Positions 10,787 through 23,800 of a DNA stretch of 64,000 bases are shown here, piece by piece. This DNA comes from Macrostomum lignano (taxonomy: Eukaryota), in NCBI GenBank assembly GCA_002269645.1, contig NIVC01000894.1, positions 310,001 through 374,000 on the forward strand, in the 5' to 3' direction. The position numbers and the translations under genes were made by a program. The first letter of the stretch is position 1; each line of letters opens with the position of its first letter. The notes under the pieces were generated by a model. That model did no database searches. It had not been told where the DNA came from and saw only the letters and a list, made by a program, of their open reading frames with translations.

Positions 10787-12606
10787 CTTGGTCTCTTCGT
10801 CTCTTAGTTTGTTCGTCTCTTAGTTTAGAGCTAGAAATCTTTCGTCACCGCTTTTATATACTACAGACGTATAGGCTTTTTGGGCGCGAATCAAACTTTT
10901 TATTGACTTCCTTCATCTACTGCTGCTTTGAGTAGTGCTGACTGCGTGTCCAACTCTAAATTGCGATCGCCGGTGTTCGAAGGCTATTCCATTTCCTAGG
11001 GTATTTTCTAAGAAGAAAGTCGTCTGATGATGGCCTATCATTGCATTTCGTTAGCGGGTGGTTCAAAATACGAAAAGGCACTTTGGTCAGGCGAGCTTAT
11101 TTTGAAATATAAATTGGGGGATTTTAATCATTAAGTGGCGTACCATAATACACTGGAGGGGCGTCATATTGAGAAAACTTAGTCCGGTGAGGATTTTGAG
11201 GACCTTTTTTAGGGCAAAGGAAGAGTCGCGCCATATTCGCCAGCCACAAGGGAGGGGCGGCTGGCCGATCTGACAGCTGCTACACCAATGAAGTACCTGT
11301 ATCCAGGATCCTTAACCTGACGCTGTCTTCCTCTATAAGTTTAATTAATAACCTTGATATATTTTTTGGATTGGAAATCGGTCTATTTCTATCGATGCGT
11401 TCCATATGCTAGAGTCCTGCGAGAATCAAGCTGACTAAACTAGATTTTTCTCTCTTAATTCAACCGACCGTTGCGTGCCAGTGGGGACGATTACATAAAC
11501 ATAGAGGACTCATTCGGCGCCTAATTCTTCACGGTGAAGTCCCAGATCAGTCTTGAGACACTTAAAGGTGACGACATATCACATCATAGATCGGCATTAA
11601 ATCTGGTTTTTGTAAGCGGATGAAGTGCTGACTAATACACGGATTGGCATTATTTTTAAAAAAAATTAGATTCTTTAGAGAATGTAAAAACATGTTTTAA
11701 GCTTGAAAACAACGTGGCTTCACTTTATGGGGCTATCTGTGTGATAATTATGGAATAATTCATGATTATTGAATCACTTGTTTTAGAGAAAAGTTTTAAT
11801 ACTTTTTTATAGTTCTAATAATTTTCATAGCTATTTTTAATACGTTAAAAAGCACCTGAAAATCAATATAGGTGAGCCGGCTATCTAAAGTCAAAATAGA
11901 CAATATTCGGCGAAGTAGATGAAATTGCATTGCCACTGTTTAAGTTTGTCCGCTCCAGTGAAGCATAACAAAATATAGACATTCATTTTAGTACGAGCTT
12001 ATGTGAAGCACAAAAATGGAACCCAATACTGAATTACGCTATGCAAAGTTTTAGTTCCAGCAGTGTTTGTCATCCACAATTAGCAAACTATGGAATGGGA
12101 GGCCACGGTTTTTCTTGAAATTCCGTATCTTAAGAGGCATATTATTGAGTAGTAACTTTACAAGTACGAAACTTACGACCCGACGTACTGTATAGCACCA
12201 AAGTTTTTTATTTGAATTGTTGGGCTACGAATGGATGCCTAAAATTTAATCCACGGCATGGCCGAGCCAAAAAAAGACAAAAATTAAATCGACTGGGCCA
12301 TTAAATTTATTTTTGAATTATCCAGGCCATAAATTTTTGGTGCAAAATTAAAAGATGACAACTTATTTCTCAAATTTTATTTTAACGCGTCTGCTGACAC
12401 TAGGGCAAAAAGACAGAGCTGTTTTATAATAACAGCAACAAAACCGCAAAGTTAAATTAATTTTAACACTTAATGGCAAATTAAAACTTTTGAGTTAAGG
12501 AAACACAACTTTGTTGCTTGCTCCATCGGCTTCAATCCTCATTTTCTTACCTCTTGGTTCACCAGCCATCTCCTGAATGACCATAGCGACCCGAACAGTC
12601 TGCTGA

Positions 12607-12855
12607 TCACCGGGAGCCTCTCGTCATTTCTTCGTAGTCCCTGAGCACCATTAAACCGGAAGCTTTACTACGAGCCCAGGCAGCTTTCTTGACTTCGTGC
12701 CACGCCGTTAAAACAGTCATGCCCCAATCGGCCTTTTTTCTCGTCGTCACAGGTGCACTCTCCAGCATTACTCGGTTTATCGCTTCATTTGACATACATG
12801 GTAATACCGGATCTGGCTTCTTTGGTCTTCTCCAGTCAGATCTGCTCGGCCACAT
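12607..12855 (-). mobile_element. Possible Crypton/DUF3504-like N-terminal fragment
   Basis: SAPVTTRKKADWGMTVLTAW fits the P..T.....W.......W pattern upstream of the Crypton recombinase core. Lies in a segment absent from the paralogous copy 1 upstream region. Confidence 0.35.
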
Positions 12856-13332
12856 GAAAAGATTGTGCTGAGACGCCGGCTTGTCGTTCTAAAAAGAAGC
12901 TGAAGAACTCATCCAGTGAAATTGTTTCCCATGTTTACTTTGGTCACAAATGCTTGGGTGTGATCAACTTCTAGCGTGAGATCTTTGTATTTATCAGTCG
13001 ACAGATATTTGTGGGCTGGGGTAATGCTTATTATATAATGCTTAATGCTTGTGCTTAGGTTTAGCTTCAAGTTAATAACAAGTGCAAAAATATTTATCAA
13101 TGAAATATTTCTGGTTAGGCGCGTACTTCGAATACACCCAATGACAATTTCAATTTGGACACGCGATCAGCACTACTCAGAGCAGTAGTAGATGAAGGAA
13201 TTTAAGAAAAGGGTTTGATTCACGCCCAAAAGCAGCGTATCAGGTTGTAGTATATAAATCAGTGACGAAAGAGTTCTCTGCTCTAGAAGAAGAGACCAAG
13301 ATGTCTTCTCTTGGCTATCGCCGAGCAATCTT

Positions 13333-13462
13333 TGCAGGGGACCTGGCGGGGACCGGCCGCACCCCCAAGGTTAATCCTTGTGCTCTTTTACCTGGGGTTG
13401 CTGTAGGGGCCTCGCGGCCTATTCGCGGCGCCTGCGCCCCCCGTCAGTAGTAAGTAAGTAAG
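13333..13462 (+). mobile_element. 130-bp GC-rich retroposon 3' end with (AGTA)n tail, flanked by a 217-bp direct duplication
   Basis: Insert ends ...ccgtcagtagtaagtaagtaag. Flanks 13116-13332 and 13463-13679 are equal-length repeats with roughly ten substitutions. Confidence 0.65.
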
Positions 13463-13647
13463 TAGGCGCGTACTTCGAATACACCCAATGACAATTTCAA
13501 TTTGAAAACGCGATCAGCACTACTCAGAGCAGTAGTAGATGAAGGAATTCAAGAAAAATGTTTGATTCACGCCCAAAAGCAGCGTATCAAGCTGTAGTAT
13601 ATAAATCAGTGACGAAAGAGTTCTCTGCTCTAGAAGAAGAGACCAAG

Positions 13648-14702
13648 ATGTCTCTTCTTGGCTATCGCCAAGCAATCTTGGCAGCTGCCTGCTGCTCTCT
13701 CCTGCTCGTCATTGACGTCACCGCTGGTCGAGCCATTCAAGTCTCCTACATTGGCTGCTTCATGGACAACAGCGCCAGGGACATGAGAGGCTTATCGAGA
13801 ATTGAAAGCGTAGGCGAAATCTCCGTTTCAACCTCATTTGTATCGAGCGGCAGCATGAGTTGGGACTTCTGCAGCAGCTTCTGCGCACTTGGCGGCTTCC
13901 CGTACTTCGGGTTGCAGTACACATGGGCCTGTTTCTGCAGCTGGGACTTCGGCTCGCTGGGACCTGCCAAGGAAAGCGACTGCAACATGCCTTGTAACGG
14001 AAACTCCAGCCAGATCTGCGGAGGCCTTTGGCGAAATTCGGTGTTCGCTCTGACCTACCCGAGTGAGTTTTCTTGCACTTAGATTTTACTCAATCAGAAT
14101 TGGTGGCTCAATTCTTGTAGCCGCTCAAGCAGTCAAGTGATGAATTGAAACGCGAGTTCATCACAGCAAGACATCAGCGATCAGTTACTGTTTAGCCCTT
14201 GAAATATTACATGCGATTTCTCGAGTCAGGAACTGAACGGCAAATGTCCTAATCGGACCTTCGGACTTTCGCTGAAAAATGAAAATGTTCGGCTAAAATT
14301 GTTGAAACTTTCTGTTTAACTGAGTCTGAGTTTATGCTTGATGTCTTGAAGCCTATACTTGGATTATATTCTAGAAGCTTTCAAAAAACTGAACTCAAGA
14401 TGCGGGACGCTACTGTTCAAGTGAGATGCTTCCTGCACTAAAATTAGCCATGTTTGTTTGCTTCAGAGCGGAGCTGCTTCAAGCAGTCGCAGATGCCCAG
14501 CCTCACGGTCTCGTCGACCCTGCCGATCTCCTGGAGCATCGCCGCCCAAACAGCTCTGGACTGCCTGATCCCGTGCGAGGCCTCAGCTGACTGCCAGGCT
14601 GTGATTTTCTCTGGCCAGCAGCGCCTGTGCCACCTGCTGAGGTTCGCCTACCCGCCTGCCAGTCTGAGCAGCACCGATGGAGACTACTTCGTGCGTGGAT
14701 GA
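13648..14702 (+). CDS. WSC + PAN copy 4 (type A); join(13648..14062,14467..14702), 216 aa
   Basis: ATG 13648 after a TATA box; donor GTGAGT at 14063; acceptor TTCAG ending 14466; 415+236 nt in frame; all Cys retained. Confidence 0.88.
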
Positions 14703-16107
14703 ATTGCTGACTGATTGACCGATTGGCATCGTTTATCAAAACCGGATTTTTATAGAGAATCTGAAAACATATATTTAGCTTGAAAACAATGGAGCTTCAC
14801 TTTATAGAGAAATCTGTGCTAGCATCAATTTATTGAATAATTTGTTTTGAAGAGAAAAGTAATGTTTTAACTAATTAATACATGAAAAAGACTGTAGTCG
14901 TTTTATTGTTAGCTCTCAGTGATGCATTCGAATTTGAACAGCCTAAGAATTTCCCACTATTAGAGATGTCGGATCTTACAGCTGCATGTTAAGGATTAAT
15001 TTGTGTAGAATAGTACCTTAATCTGCTGGATTGAACCGACATTCACAGAGTGGGATTGTGTACGACTAGCTTAATCGATACGCAAGGAGATTCAACAATA
15101 TTTTTCTATCGTAGGTTCAGAAACCATCTCCGTCTCTAGTTCGTGCGTGTACTTTGTGCAGCCTGGCTGTCTGTATCAGGATGCCAGTATTAAAGAGAAT
15201 CAGTTGCAGCTGTGTTTGCGCGGCTCCCGCTATCATTTTGATTGCCAGTGGGAACAGGTGTGATGCAATTGTTTTTAGTCCCAACAGGGTTTGGCATCCA
15301 GTATCAGCAAACTGTGGAAAGACAGGCCTCCGATTTTATTGACAGGTATTCATTTTACTTAAGAGACCCATTGAGTAGAAACTGTAGTGGGAGGTGTGCT
15401 AGCTAATTATTTTGACTACCCACTGTATCGCATCTCCAGTTCTCAATATGCTCAGCAATCCTACATGTAGCTCCCAAACTGCATCGGGAGTAGGGAGCTA
15501 TTCAACTTAGCACAGCTGTTCCATTGCGACTTCTTGTCTGCCAATCTTCATTTAACTTTAGGAATTTTGTGCATTTGTGTTGCAAACATCAATACCTTAA
15601 CTTACCAATAGTTTAAAGCAAAAAATGTATTGGCGGTTTGTATTTTCTTGTTAAATGCGCAACTGGTGAGACACCGGATGAGCTACTTTTAGTAGTAGAA
15701 CCTACAGTAAGTATAGTTTGTCTTCTCTCATTAACACTAATGTACCTGACTCATCTGGGAAGAATTTCGCATTCTGAAAAGATTAAAGCTTTTCTATGAT
15801 GCGTGGGTTTTTTAGAAAAAGCTGGGGGCATGTGTCTTGCAGCGCTGTTTTTCCCAGCGGCCGTTTCTGCGTTTTTGCTGGTGAATTCACCCGTGACGGC
15901 TTGAGCTTCTTCTCGGTTTTTTGAATACGCCTAAAAGAGCCTTTACAATTTTTCCAGTTTTTTCTGCTCAGCAAGGAAACTTGCTCTACTGTCTACTCTG
16001 CAATGTGGATGGCGCCAAAAGAGGTGGTGTAGTGAGAATGACAATTGTAGTTGAGCCTCTCATGCTGACAAGCGCTTGCTTCCATCGATCGGCACCCAAA
16101 CCTCTGA

Positions 16108-16218
<111 letters not shown>

Positions 16219-16783
16219 GGCTTCTTACCTCTGCCCATTGATGTTCACTGGCGTTTTTTATTTCCATGTCCAGAACCAAGGTCGCATCGACATAGAACCA
16301 CTTTTCGGGTATATTCATTAGTCGGCTTCTCACCTTAATAATTATACTCCTTCGCACTTTTTGCTTTGATGAAGAATTTCATATTCGAAATATCGGCAAC
16401 TAGCACTTCTTAGCTTTTTTGTTTGTCTTGTTGCTTTGCTGTGTCAGCGCCCTCGGGATTGGAGGCTCTCCCTCTCTCTCCCTCTCTCCCTCTCTCTCTC
16501 TGGCTTCTTACCTCTGCCCATTGATGCTCACTAGTCGTTTTTTATTTCCATTTCCGGAACCAAGGTCGCATCGACATAGAACATAGACGAAACCGGAATT
16601 GGACACGCAAGGGACAAAACAAAATCTGAAAAAGCAGCATACGATGTCATACTTAAACGACACTCAAATTAAGTACAACATTACCTACACTCAATAAAAA
16701 CAGAAACGTAATGAAGGGCTATCATGGGTTCAGACCAATTTGCGTATAGTTTGTAGTGCCACAAAGCACAGATGTCATAAAAC

Positions 16784-17740
16784 TCATTCTTTCGGCTGAA
16801 TAATAAACGTGCAGCTTGTGAATTGGCATCCTGAGAACTTGGACCCATCCATGCTGGACCTGGCATGACCGACAATTGAACTGTCACTGAATGAAACCTG
16901 GCGCTGAGGATCTTCCACTAGTAGAGATGGCGACTGTGTTAACTGACTGACACTCACTGCATTCTGTACAGACTGACTGTCTGGTACCAAGCTGGTGCTC
17001 AACTGTGATGCCGGAACAATGCGAAGTGCATCCTGCACGGCCATCGAAGCGCGATACAGGCTTGGATCCCTCTGAACCCTCAGGTAGCCGCGCACACTCT
17101 TTTCACACTTGTGTCCCGTCACGGACATGATGTCACTGACACTGGTAGCCAAGCGCATGCAGGTCGCAAATTCTTGTCAACCTGTGAGAAAAATACATGT
17201 ACGCTCGTAAATGAAGCATAAATGAAATGAAATTAAATGAAACATGAACTCACTGCCTAAAATTAATCACAGCCAGGTAAATTAAACGTTAATAATTACA
17301 GGATACAGTGGTTCGTGTATTGCTTGTGCAATCCAGCCTTCGCACTCATGGTTTTCATGAAATTGTTCCAATAATTCGTCCCACGATTGACCAGCACAGA
17401 AAATCCCTTTCCCTCGAGCGGTCTCGGGAAAAACTGTTATCCTTGGTAGCAGCCGGAATGGCGTCCTTGTACCGCTTCAGAATTCCGACATCGCACATAC
17501 GGACTTGCTTGTAATCAGAGGTAGCACCGCGCTTCAGAGGAAATCGACCACGACGGCAGATGAGGCAGGTAGCATACTCACGGCCCTCACTGTCGCGACC
17601 AAAAAGAATTCCGTCTCTCTTCATCAGTTGTTTCACATGTTCCTGCCCACGTTCTCCAAATTTATACATGAGGGTAAAAAGATCTCATCTTGAAGACACC
17701 CAGTAAATAGCGTTTATTTGCATCAGCTTCTTCTGTTCCC
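16784..17740 (-). mobile_element. Degenerate Crypton-type tyrosine recombinase gene (intron-containing, frameshifted)
   Basis: Pieces in order: TGCLQDEIF/FTLMYKFGERGQEHVKQL; FMKTMSAKAGLHKQYTNHCI; GT-AG intron 17299..17182; LLTRICDLHALGY; VSDIMSVTGHKCEKSVRGY. These match the YR motifs FG.RG.E, YTNH..R and TGH.....Y. The box II Arg reads as Leu and several frameshifts are present. Confidence 0.75.
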
Positions 17741-19388
17741 CAGTTGTCTTTCTTTTTATCGTGTGCCCTTGTTTTCTCTGCTGAGCGAGTGCCCTCTGCC
17801 TGTTGCATCAGTGATGCAGAAAAAGTCTGACAAAAACTTGGCCATCGCCCTTTTTACCAGCACTCAATGTGATTCGTGCTCTTCTCGTGAATGTCGTTTT
17901 AACGTTTCACATTCTCGTTTTTGACTCATCCCACATCAGAACGAACAGCTCTGCTGTCATGAAGGTGCGCTCCATCTGACAGACTGCAGATATGACTGCG
18001 TTATTGGGTATTATCGATCAGGCTTCCTGTTCCACCTTGCCGATTCATCAGGTTTAAGAGGGGCGTCTCGTCCAAACCATCGCCTTTCAACGCCTGCTGA
18101 CACTTCTCGCACTTGTACGCGCGGATTAGGATAGCTTGCAAAGCAGCCAGCCCTAATATAGGCGCGCTTCTCGTTCTGAATGTTTATTGACTACTTAAGT
18201 CTCACGGTTAGACGGAAATAGATAAAATCGGGTGTCGTCAAGAGGGCACTTGTAAGGCATAGTTGGGGCATCCAGATGCTGCGCACTGAAGTCTTGATTT
18301 AATAGAGAAAATCTCAACTCGAATTGGCAGCCTCGATGAGCATACATTTGCTGCTCATATTGTCTATCACCAAATGGTGCAGTTGTCTTTTAGAGCCGCC
18401 AATAATTTTTACTCACAATCCATCATTTTCACAATGTACCCCGTGGTTTTGAGTCGAAATAGAAATTTAACCATTTTTGCTTTCAATGGAAATTATTGAA
18501 TGCGTGGTGGAACTCAAAGAGCTGCAGTGATATGCCAGTCGTCTTTCTTGCATACCAAAGCGCAAAATTTCTAAATTGAGAATCCGGATTGGCAGAAAAG
18601 AAGACGTGTTAAGTATACTGTGCTCAGCTGAATAGCTTCCCAAATGAGAGGTAGTTAAAATATGAACTTGCACATCTTCCACTTGAGTTTCTCCTCAACG
18701 TGTCTAAAAATGAATGCTTATCAGGAAAAACAAAGGCCTGATTCTCAATAGTTTCCTAGTGTTGGATGGCAACCACTGTTGGGACTAAAAACAATTGCAT
18801 AGACTTGGATATTCCCACTGGCAATTAGCATTCTAGCATGAGCCGCGCGAACACAGATGCTTCTGATTCTCTTCAGCACTGGCAAATTTAATGCAGACAG
18901 ACAAGCTGCACAAAGCACCTGCTCGCGCTCTATAGGGAGACGGCTTCTCAACCTACTGTACCGATTTTGCGTGTAAATAGCGCAACTTCCAACACTTAGT
19001 ATCCTGGTGTATCGGTTGAGCCAGTCACACACAATCTCACTCTGCGAATGCCCTTTCCATCCAAAGGAACTTATGACGGCTGACGAACTGTCACTCAGTA
19101 TATTTTAGGCTGAAAATCGCGAAATGAAGTATACTCTACACGCCAATTAGGCTTAACATACAGCTATGAAGTTCTTACATTTCTAATAATCACCAAATTG
19201 TTTTCTGAATTAATTTTTTATTTCTCTTTAATTTTATAATCTATTTATTCTACTTGATTGCAGAACAGTTAGCCACAACAAGCAAAGCCACTAAATTTCT
19301 ACGCTCGTATAGTTTAAAATATGTTTAAAGCTTGTCTAAGAAAATCCGGTTTTGATAAGTGATGTCAATCGGTCAATCAGTCAGCACT

Positions 19389-20265
19389 TCATCCACGCAC
19401 GAAGTAGTCTCCATCGGTGATACTCAGACTGGCAGGCGGGTAGGCGAACCTCAACAGGTGGCACAGGCGCTGCTGGCCAGAGAAAATCACAGCCTGGCAG
19501 TCAGCTGAAGCCTCGCACGGGATCAGGCAGTCCAGAGCTGTTTGAGCGGCGATGCTCCAGGAGGTCGGTAGAGTCGACGAAACGTTGAGGCTGGGCATCT
19601 GCGACTGCTTGAAGCAGCGCCGCTCTGGAATAAAATGAATGTTGACAGCAGGACACGTGACAACAAAGTATTTATGTCAATGCATAGATCTACCTTTCTA
19701 AAGAGAATAATTTTTCTGAATGCAGAGGCAGTTTTAAATTTTACACAAGAGGCAGTTTTTTGTCCAATTTAATGTTAGATCATTTAAAAAGGAACATGAA
19801 ACATTGGTTTACAGTCAACCTTTATCAACCCTAGATGACATCCATTGGACACTCACTAGGATAGGTCAGAGAGAACACCGAGTTGCGCCAACGGCCTCCG
19901 CACACCTGACTCGAGTTTCCCGAGCAAGGATAATTGCAATCGGCTTCATTAGATATTCCGAAACGACCGTAGGAACTGCCGCAAAAGCACTGCATCTTGT
20001 CCTGCACTCCAAAGTACGGGAAGCCTCCCAGAGAGCAGAAGCCACCGCAGAACTCGACAGTCATGTTCGAGTTTTCTGTGCGCTGATTGCCAACGGCAAA
20101 AACACCGACTCTGTCGATTCCCGTCAGCCCATTCAGGTCCCTGTCAGACTCGTCAACAAAGCAGCCAATGTAGGAAACTTGGAACTCTCTGCCACGGACC
20201 GCACAGGTCAGCAGGAGAGCAGAGCAGGCGATGAGCAGGGAGTAGCGAGTGCTCAGACAAGGCAT
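19389..20265 (-). CDS. WSC + PAN copy 5 (type B); join(20265..19857,19624..19389), 214 aa
   Basis: ATG 20265 downstream of TATAAAA; 409-nt exon 1 with GTGAGT donor; acceptor TTCCAG; 236-nt exon 2 intact. Confidence 0.88.
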
Positions 20266-20867
20266 TGCTATACTTTTTGGCGAAGCCCAAGAATCGCAGA
20301 GTTGCTTCACCTCTTTTTATAGGTGAAGTTTTTTTAATACTTTCGCATGTGACTCATAGCTAAATTCGTGTTTGGTACACAATATTCTACTTAAAAGTAG
20401 GAAAATGTGTTCAAAGATATAACATTTTATAGGAATTCGGTATGCTCTACAAAGTTTTATGTTTGACGTTTGTTAATTGTCGTTTTTCTAGAGATGAATA
20501 TGAGGACTTTAAAGTGGGTATATGCGAGATCAGTGCTACGGCGTTGCTTCCGTAGCCACCGTAAACGTGCTTCCGTTGCTTCCGTGCTTCCGTAAACGTA
20601 TGTTTACAAAGAGAGCGACATTTATCTGTCTCTAGAGTGCGAACTCCCATTTCCAGTCTAATGGGAGATGGTCAAGCCAGAAAAAAGGTATGCTGTCCTG
20701 CAAGCTGTACCGCTTCGATCAGAATGCATCGATCTCGTTAAAGTTGATGACGAACACGGTTGGTATTCGGCCTCTAAAATCAAAAGCCTAGAGATAGATG
20801 GAAAAGCGCAATAATTTTTTACGAAACTCGGAAATAATTTTGCTTAAAACAGTTGCACTGTGCAGCT

Positions 20868-23800
20868 CTGAGCAGTTTCCTAGAGCAGTTTCCTAGAGCA
20901 GTTGCAGTTTCCTAAAGCAGTTGCAGTTTCCGAGAGCATTTGCAGTTTCCTAGAGCATTTGCAGTTGCCTAGAGCAGTTGCAGTTGCCTAGAGCAGTTGC
21001 CTAGAGCAGTTGCAGTTGCCTAAAGCAGATGCCTAGAGCAGTTGCCTAGAGCAGTTGCCTAAAGCAGATGCCTAGAGCAGTTGCCTAGAGCAGTTGCCTA
21101 AAGCAGATGCCTAGAGCAGTTGCCTAGAGCAGTTGCCTAAAGCAGATGCCTAGAGCAGTTGCCTAGAGCAGTTGCCTAGAGCAGATGCCTAGAGCAGTTG
21201 CCTAGAGCAGTTGCCTAAAGCAGATGCCTAGAGCAGTTGCCTAGAGCAGTTGTCTAGAGCAGTTGTCTAGAGCAGTTGCCTAGAGCAGTTGCCTAAAGCA
21301 GATGCCTAGAGCAGTTGCCTAGAGCAGTTGCCTAAAGCAGATGCCTAGAGCAGTTGCCTAGAGCAGTTGCCTAAAGCAGATGCCTAGAGCAGTTGCCTAG
21401 AGCAGTTGCCTAAAGCAGATGCCTAGAGCAGTTGCCTAGAGCAGTTGTCTAGAGCAGTTGTCTAGAGCAGTTGCCTAGAGCAGTTGTCTAGAGCAGTTGT
21501 CTAGAGCAGTTGTCTAGAGCAGTTGCCTAGAGCAGTTGTCTAGAGCAGTTGTCTAGAGCAGTTGTCTAGAGCAGTTGTCTAGAGCAGTTGCCTAGAGCAG
21601 TTGTCTAGAGCAGTTGTCTAGAGCAGTTGTCTAGAGCAGATGCCTAGAGCAGTTGTCTAGAGCAGTTGCCTAGAGCAGTTGCCTAGAGCAGTTGCCTAGA
21701 GCAGTTGCCTAGAGCAGTTGCCTAGAGCAGTTGCAGTTGCCTAGAGCAGTTGCAGTTGCCTAGAGCAGATGCCTAGAGCAGATGCCTAGAGCAGTTGCAG
21801 TTGCCTAGAGCAGTTGCCTAGAGCATTTGCCTAGAGCAGTTGTCTAGAGCAGTTGCCTAGAGCAGTTGTCTAGAGCAGTTGCCTAGAGCAGTTGTCTAGA
21901 GCAGTTGTCTAGAGCAGTTGTCTAGAGCAGTTGCCTAGAGCAGTTGCCTAGAGCAGTTGCAGTTGCCTAGAGCAGTTGCAGTTGCCTAGAGCAGATGCCT
22001 AGAGCAGTTGCAGTTGCCTAGAGCAGATGCCTAGAGCAGTTGCAGTTGCCTAGAGCAGTTGCCTAGAGCATTTGCCTAGAGCAGTTGTCTAGAGCAGTTG
22101 CCTAGAGCAGTTGTCTAGAGCAGTTGCCTAGAGCAGTTGTCTAGAGCAGTTGTCTAGAGCAGTTTTCTAGAGCAGTTGCCTAGAGCAGTTGCCTAGAGCA
22201 GTTGCCTAGAGCAGTTGTCTAGAGCAGTTGCAGTTTCCTAGAGCAGTTGCAGTTGCCTAGAGCAGATGCCTAGAGCAGTTGCAGATGCCTAGAGCAGTTG
22301 CAGTTGCCTAGAGCAGATGCCTAGAGCAGTTGCAGTTGCCTAGAGCAGTTGCCTAGAGCAGTTGTCTAGAGCAGTTGCAGTTTCCTAGAGCAGTTGTCTA
22401 GAGCAGTTGTCTAGAGCAGTTGTCTAGAGCAGTTGCCTAGAGCAGTTGCCTAGAGCAGTTGCCTAGAGCAGTTGCCTAGAGCAGTTGCAGTTGCCTAGAG
22501 CAGTTGCAGTTGCCTAGAGCAGATGCCTAGAGCAGTTGCAGTTGCCTAGAGCAGTTGCCTAGAGCAGTTGCAGTTGCCTAGAGCAGATGCCTAGAGCAGT
22601 TGCAGTTGCCTAGAGCAGTTGCCTAGAGCAGATGCCTAGAGCAGTTGCAGTTGCCTAGAGCAGTTGCCTAGAGCAGTTGCCTAGAGCATTTGCCTAGAGC
22701 AGTTGCCTAGAGCATTTGCCTAGAGCAGTTGCCTAGAGCAGTTGCCTAGAGCAGTTGCCTAGAGCAGTTGCCTAGAGCAGTTGCAGTTGCCTAGAGCATT
22801 TGCAGTTTCCTAGAGCATTTGCAGTTGCCTAGAGCAGTTGCAGTTGCCTAGAGCAGTTGCCTAGAGCAGTTGCAGTTGCCTAAAGCAGATGCCTAGAGCA
22901 GTTGCCTAGAGCAGTTGCCTAAAGCAGATGCCTAGAGCAGTTGCCTAGAGCAGTTGCCTAAAGCAGATGCCTAGAGCAGTTGCCTAGAGCAGTTGCCTAG
23001 AGCAGTTGCCTAAAGCAGATGCCTAGAGCAGTTGCCTAGAGCAGTTGCCTAAAGCAGATGCCTAGAGCAGTTGCCTAGAGCAGTTGCCTAAAGCAGATGC
23101 CTAGAGCAGTTGCCTAGAGCAGTTGTCTAGAGCAGTTGCCTAGAGCAGTTGTCTAGAGCAGTTGTCTAGAGCAGTTGCCTAGAGCAGTTGTCTAGAGCAG
23201 TTGTCTAGAGCAGTTGTCTAGAGCAGTTGCCTAGAGCAGTTGTCTAGAGCAGTTGTCTAGAGCAGTTGTCTAGAGCAGTTGTCTAGAGCAGTTGTCTAGA
23301 GCAGTTGTCTAGAGCAGTTGTCTAGAGCAGTTGTCTAGAGCAGATGCCTAGAGCAGTTGTCTAGAGCAGTTGCCTAGAGCAGTTGCCTAGAGCAGTTGCC
23401 TAGAGCAGTTGCCTAGAGCAGTTGCCTAGAGCAGTTGCAGTTGCCTAGAGCAGTTGCAGTTGCCTAGAGCAGATGCCTAGAGCAGTTGCCTAGAGCAGTT
23501 GCAGTTGCCTAGAGCAGATGCCTAGAGCAGTTGCCTAGAGCAGTTGCAGTTGCCTAGAGCAGTTGCAGTTGCCTAGAGCAGTTGCAGTTGCCTAGAGCAG
23601 ATGCCTAGAGAAGTTGCCTAGAGCAGTTGCAGTTGCCTAGAGCAGTTGCAGTTGCCTAGAGCAGATGCCTAGAGCAGTTGCAGTTGCCTAGAGCAGTTGT
23701 CTAGAGCAGTTGTCTAGAGCAGTTGCCTAGAGCAGTTGCCTAGAGCAGTTGCCTAGAGCAGTTGCCTAGAGCAGTTGCAGTTGCCTAGAGCAGTTGCAGT

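Noticed and set aside
13558-13647. Upstream in-frame extension of copy 4 (and similar extensions of copy 5 and exon-2 ORFs in the track)
   Set aside because: Starts at TTG upstream of the TATA box or inside introns; paralog alignment places the ATG and splice sites as annotated.
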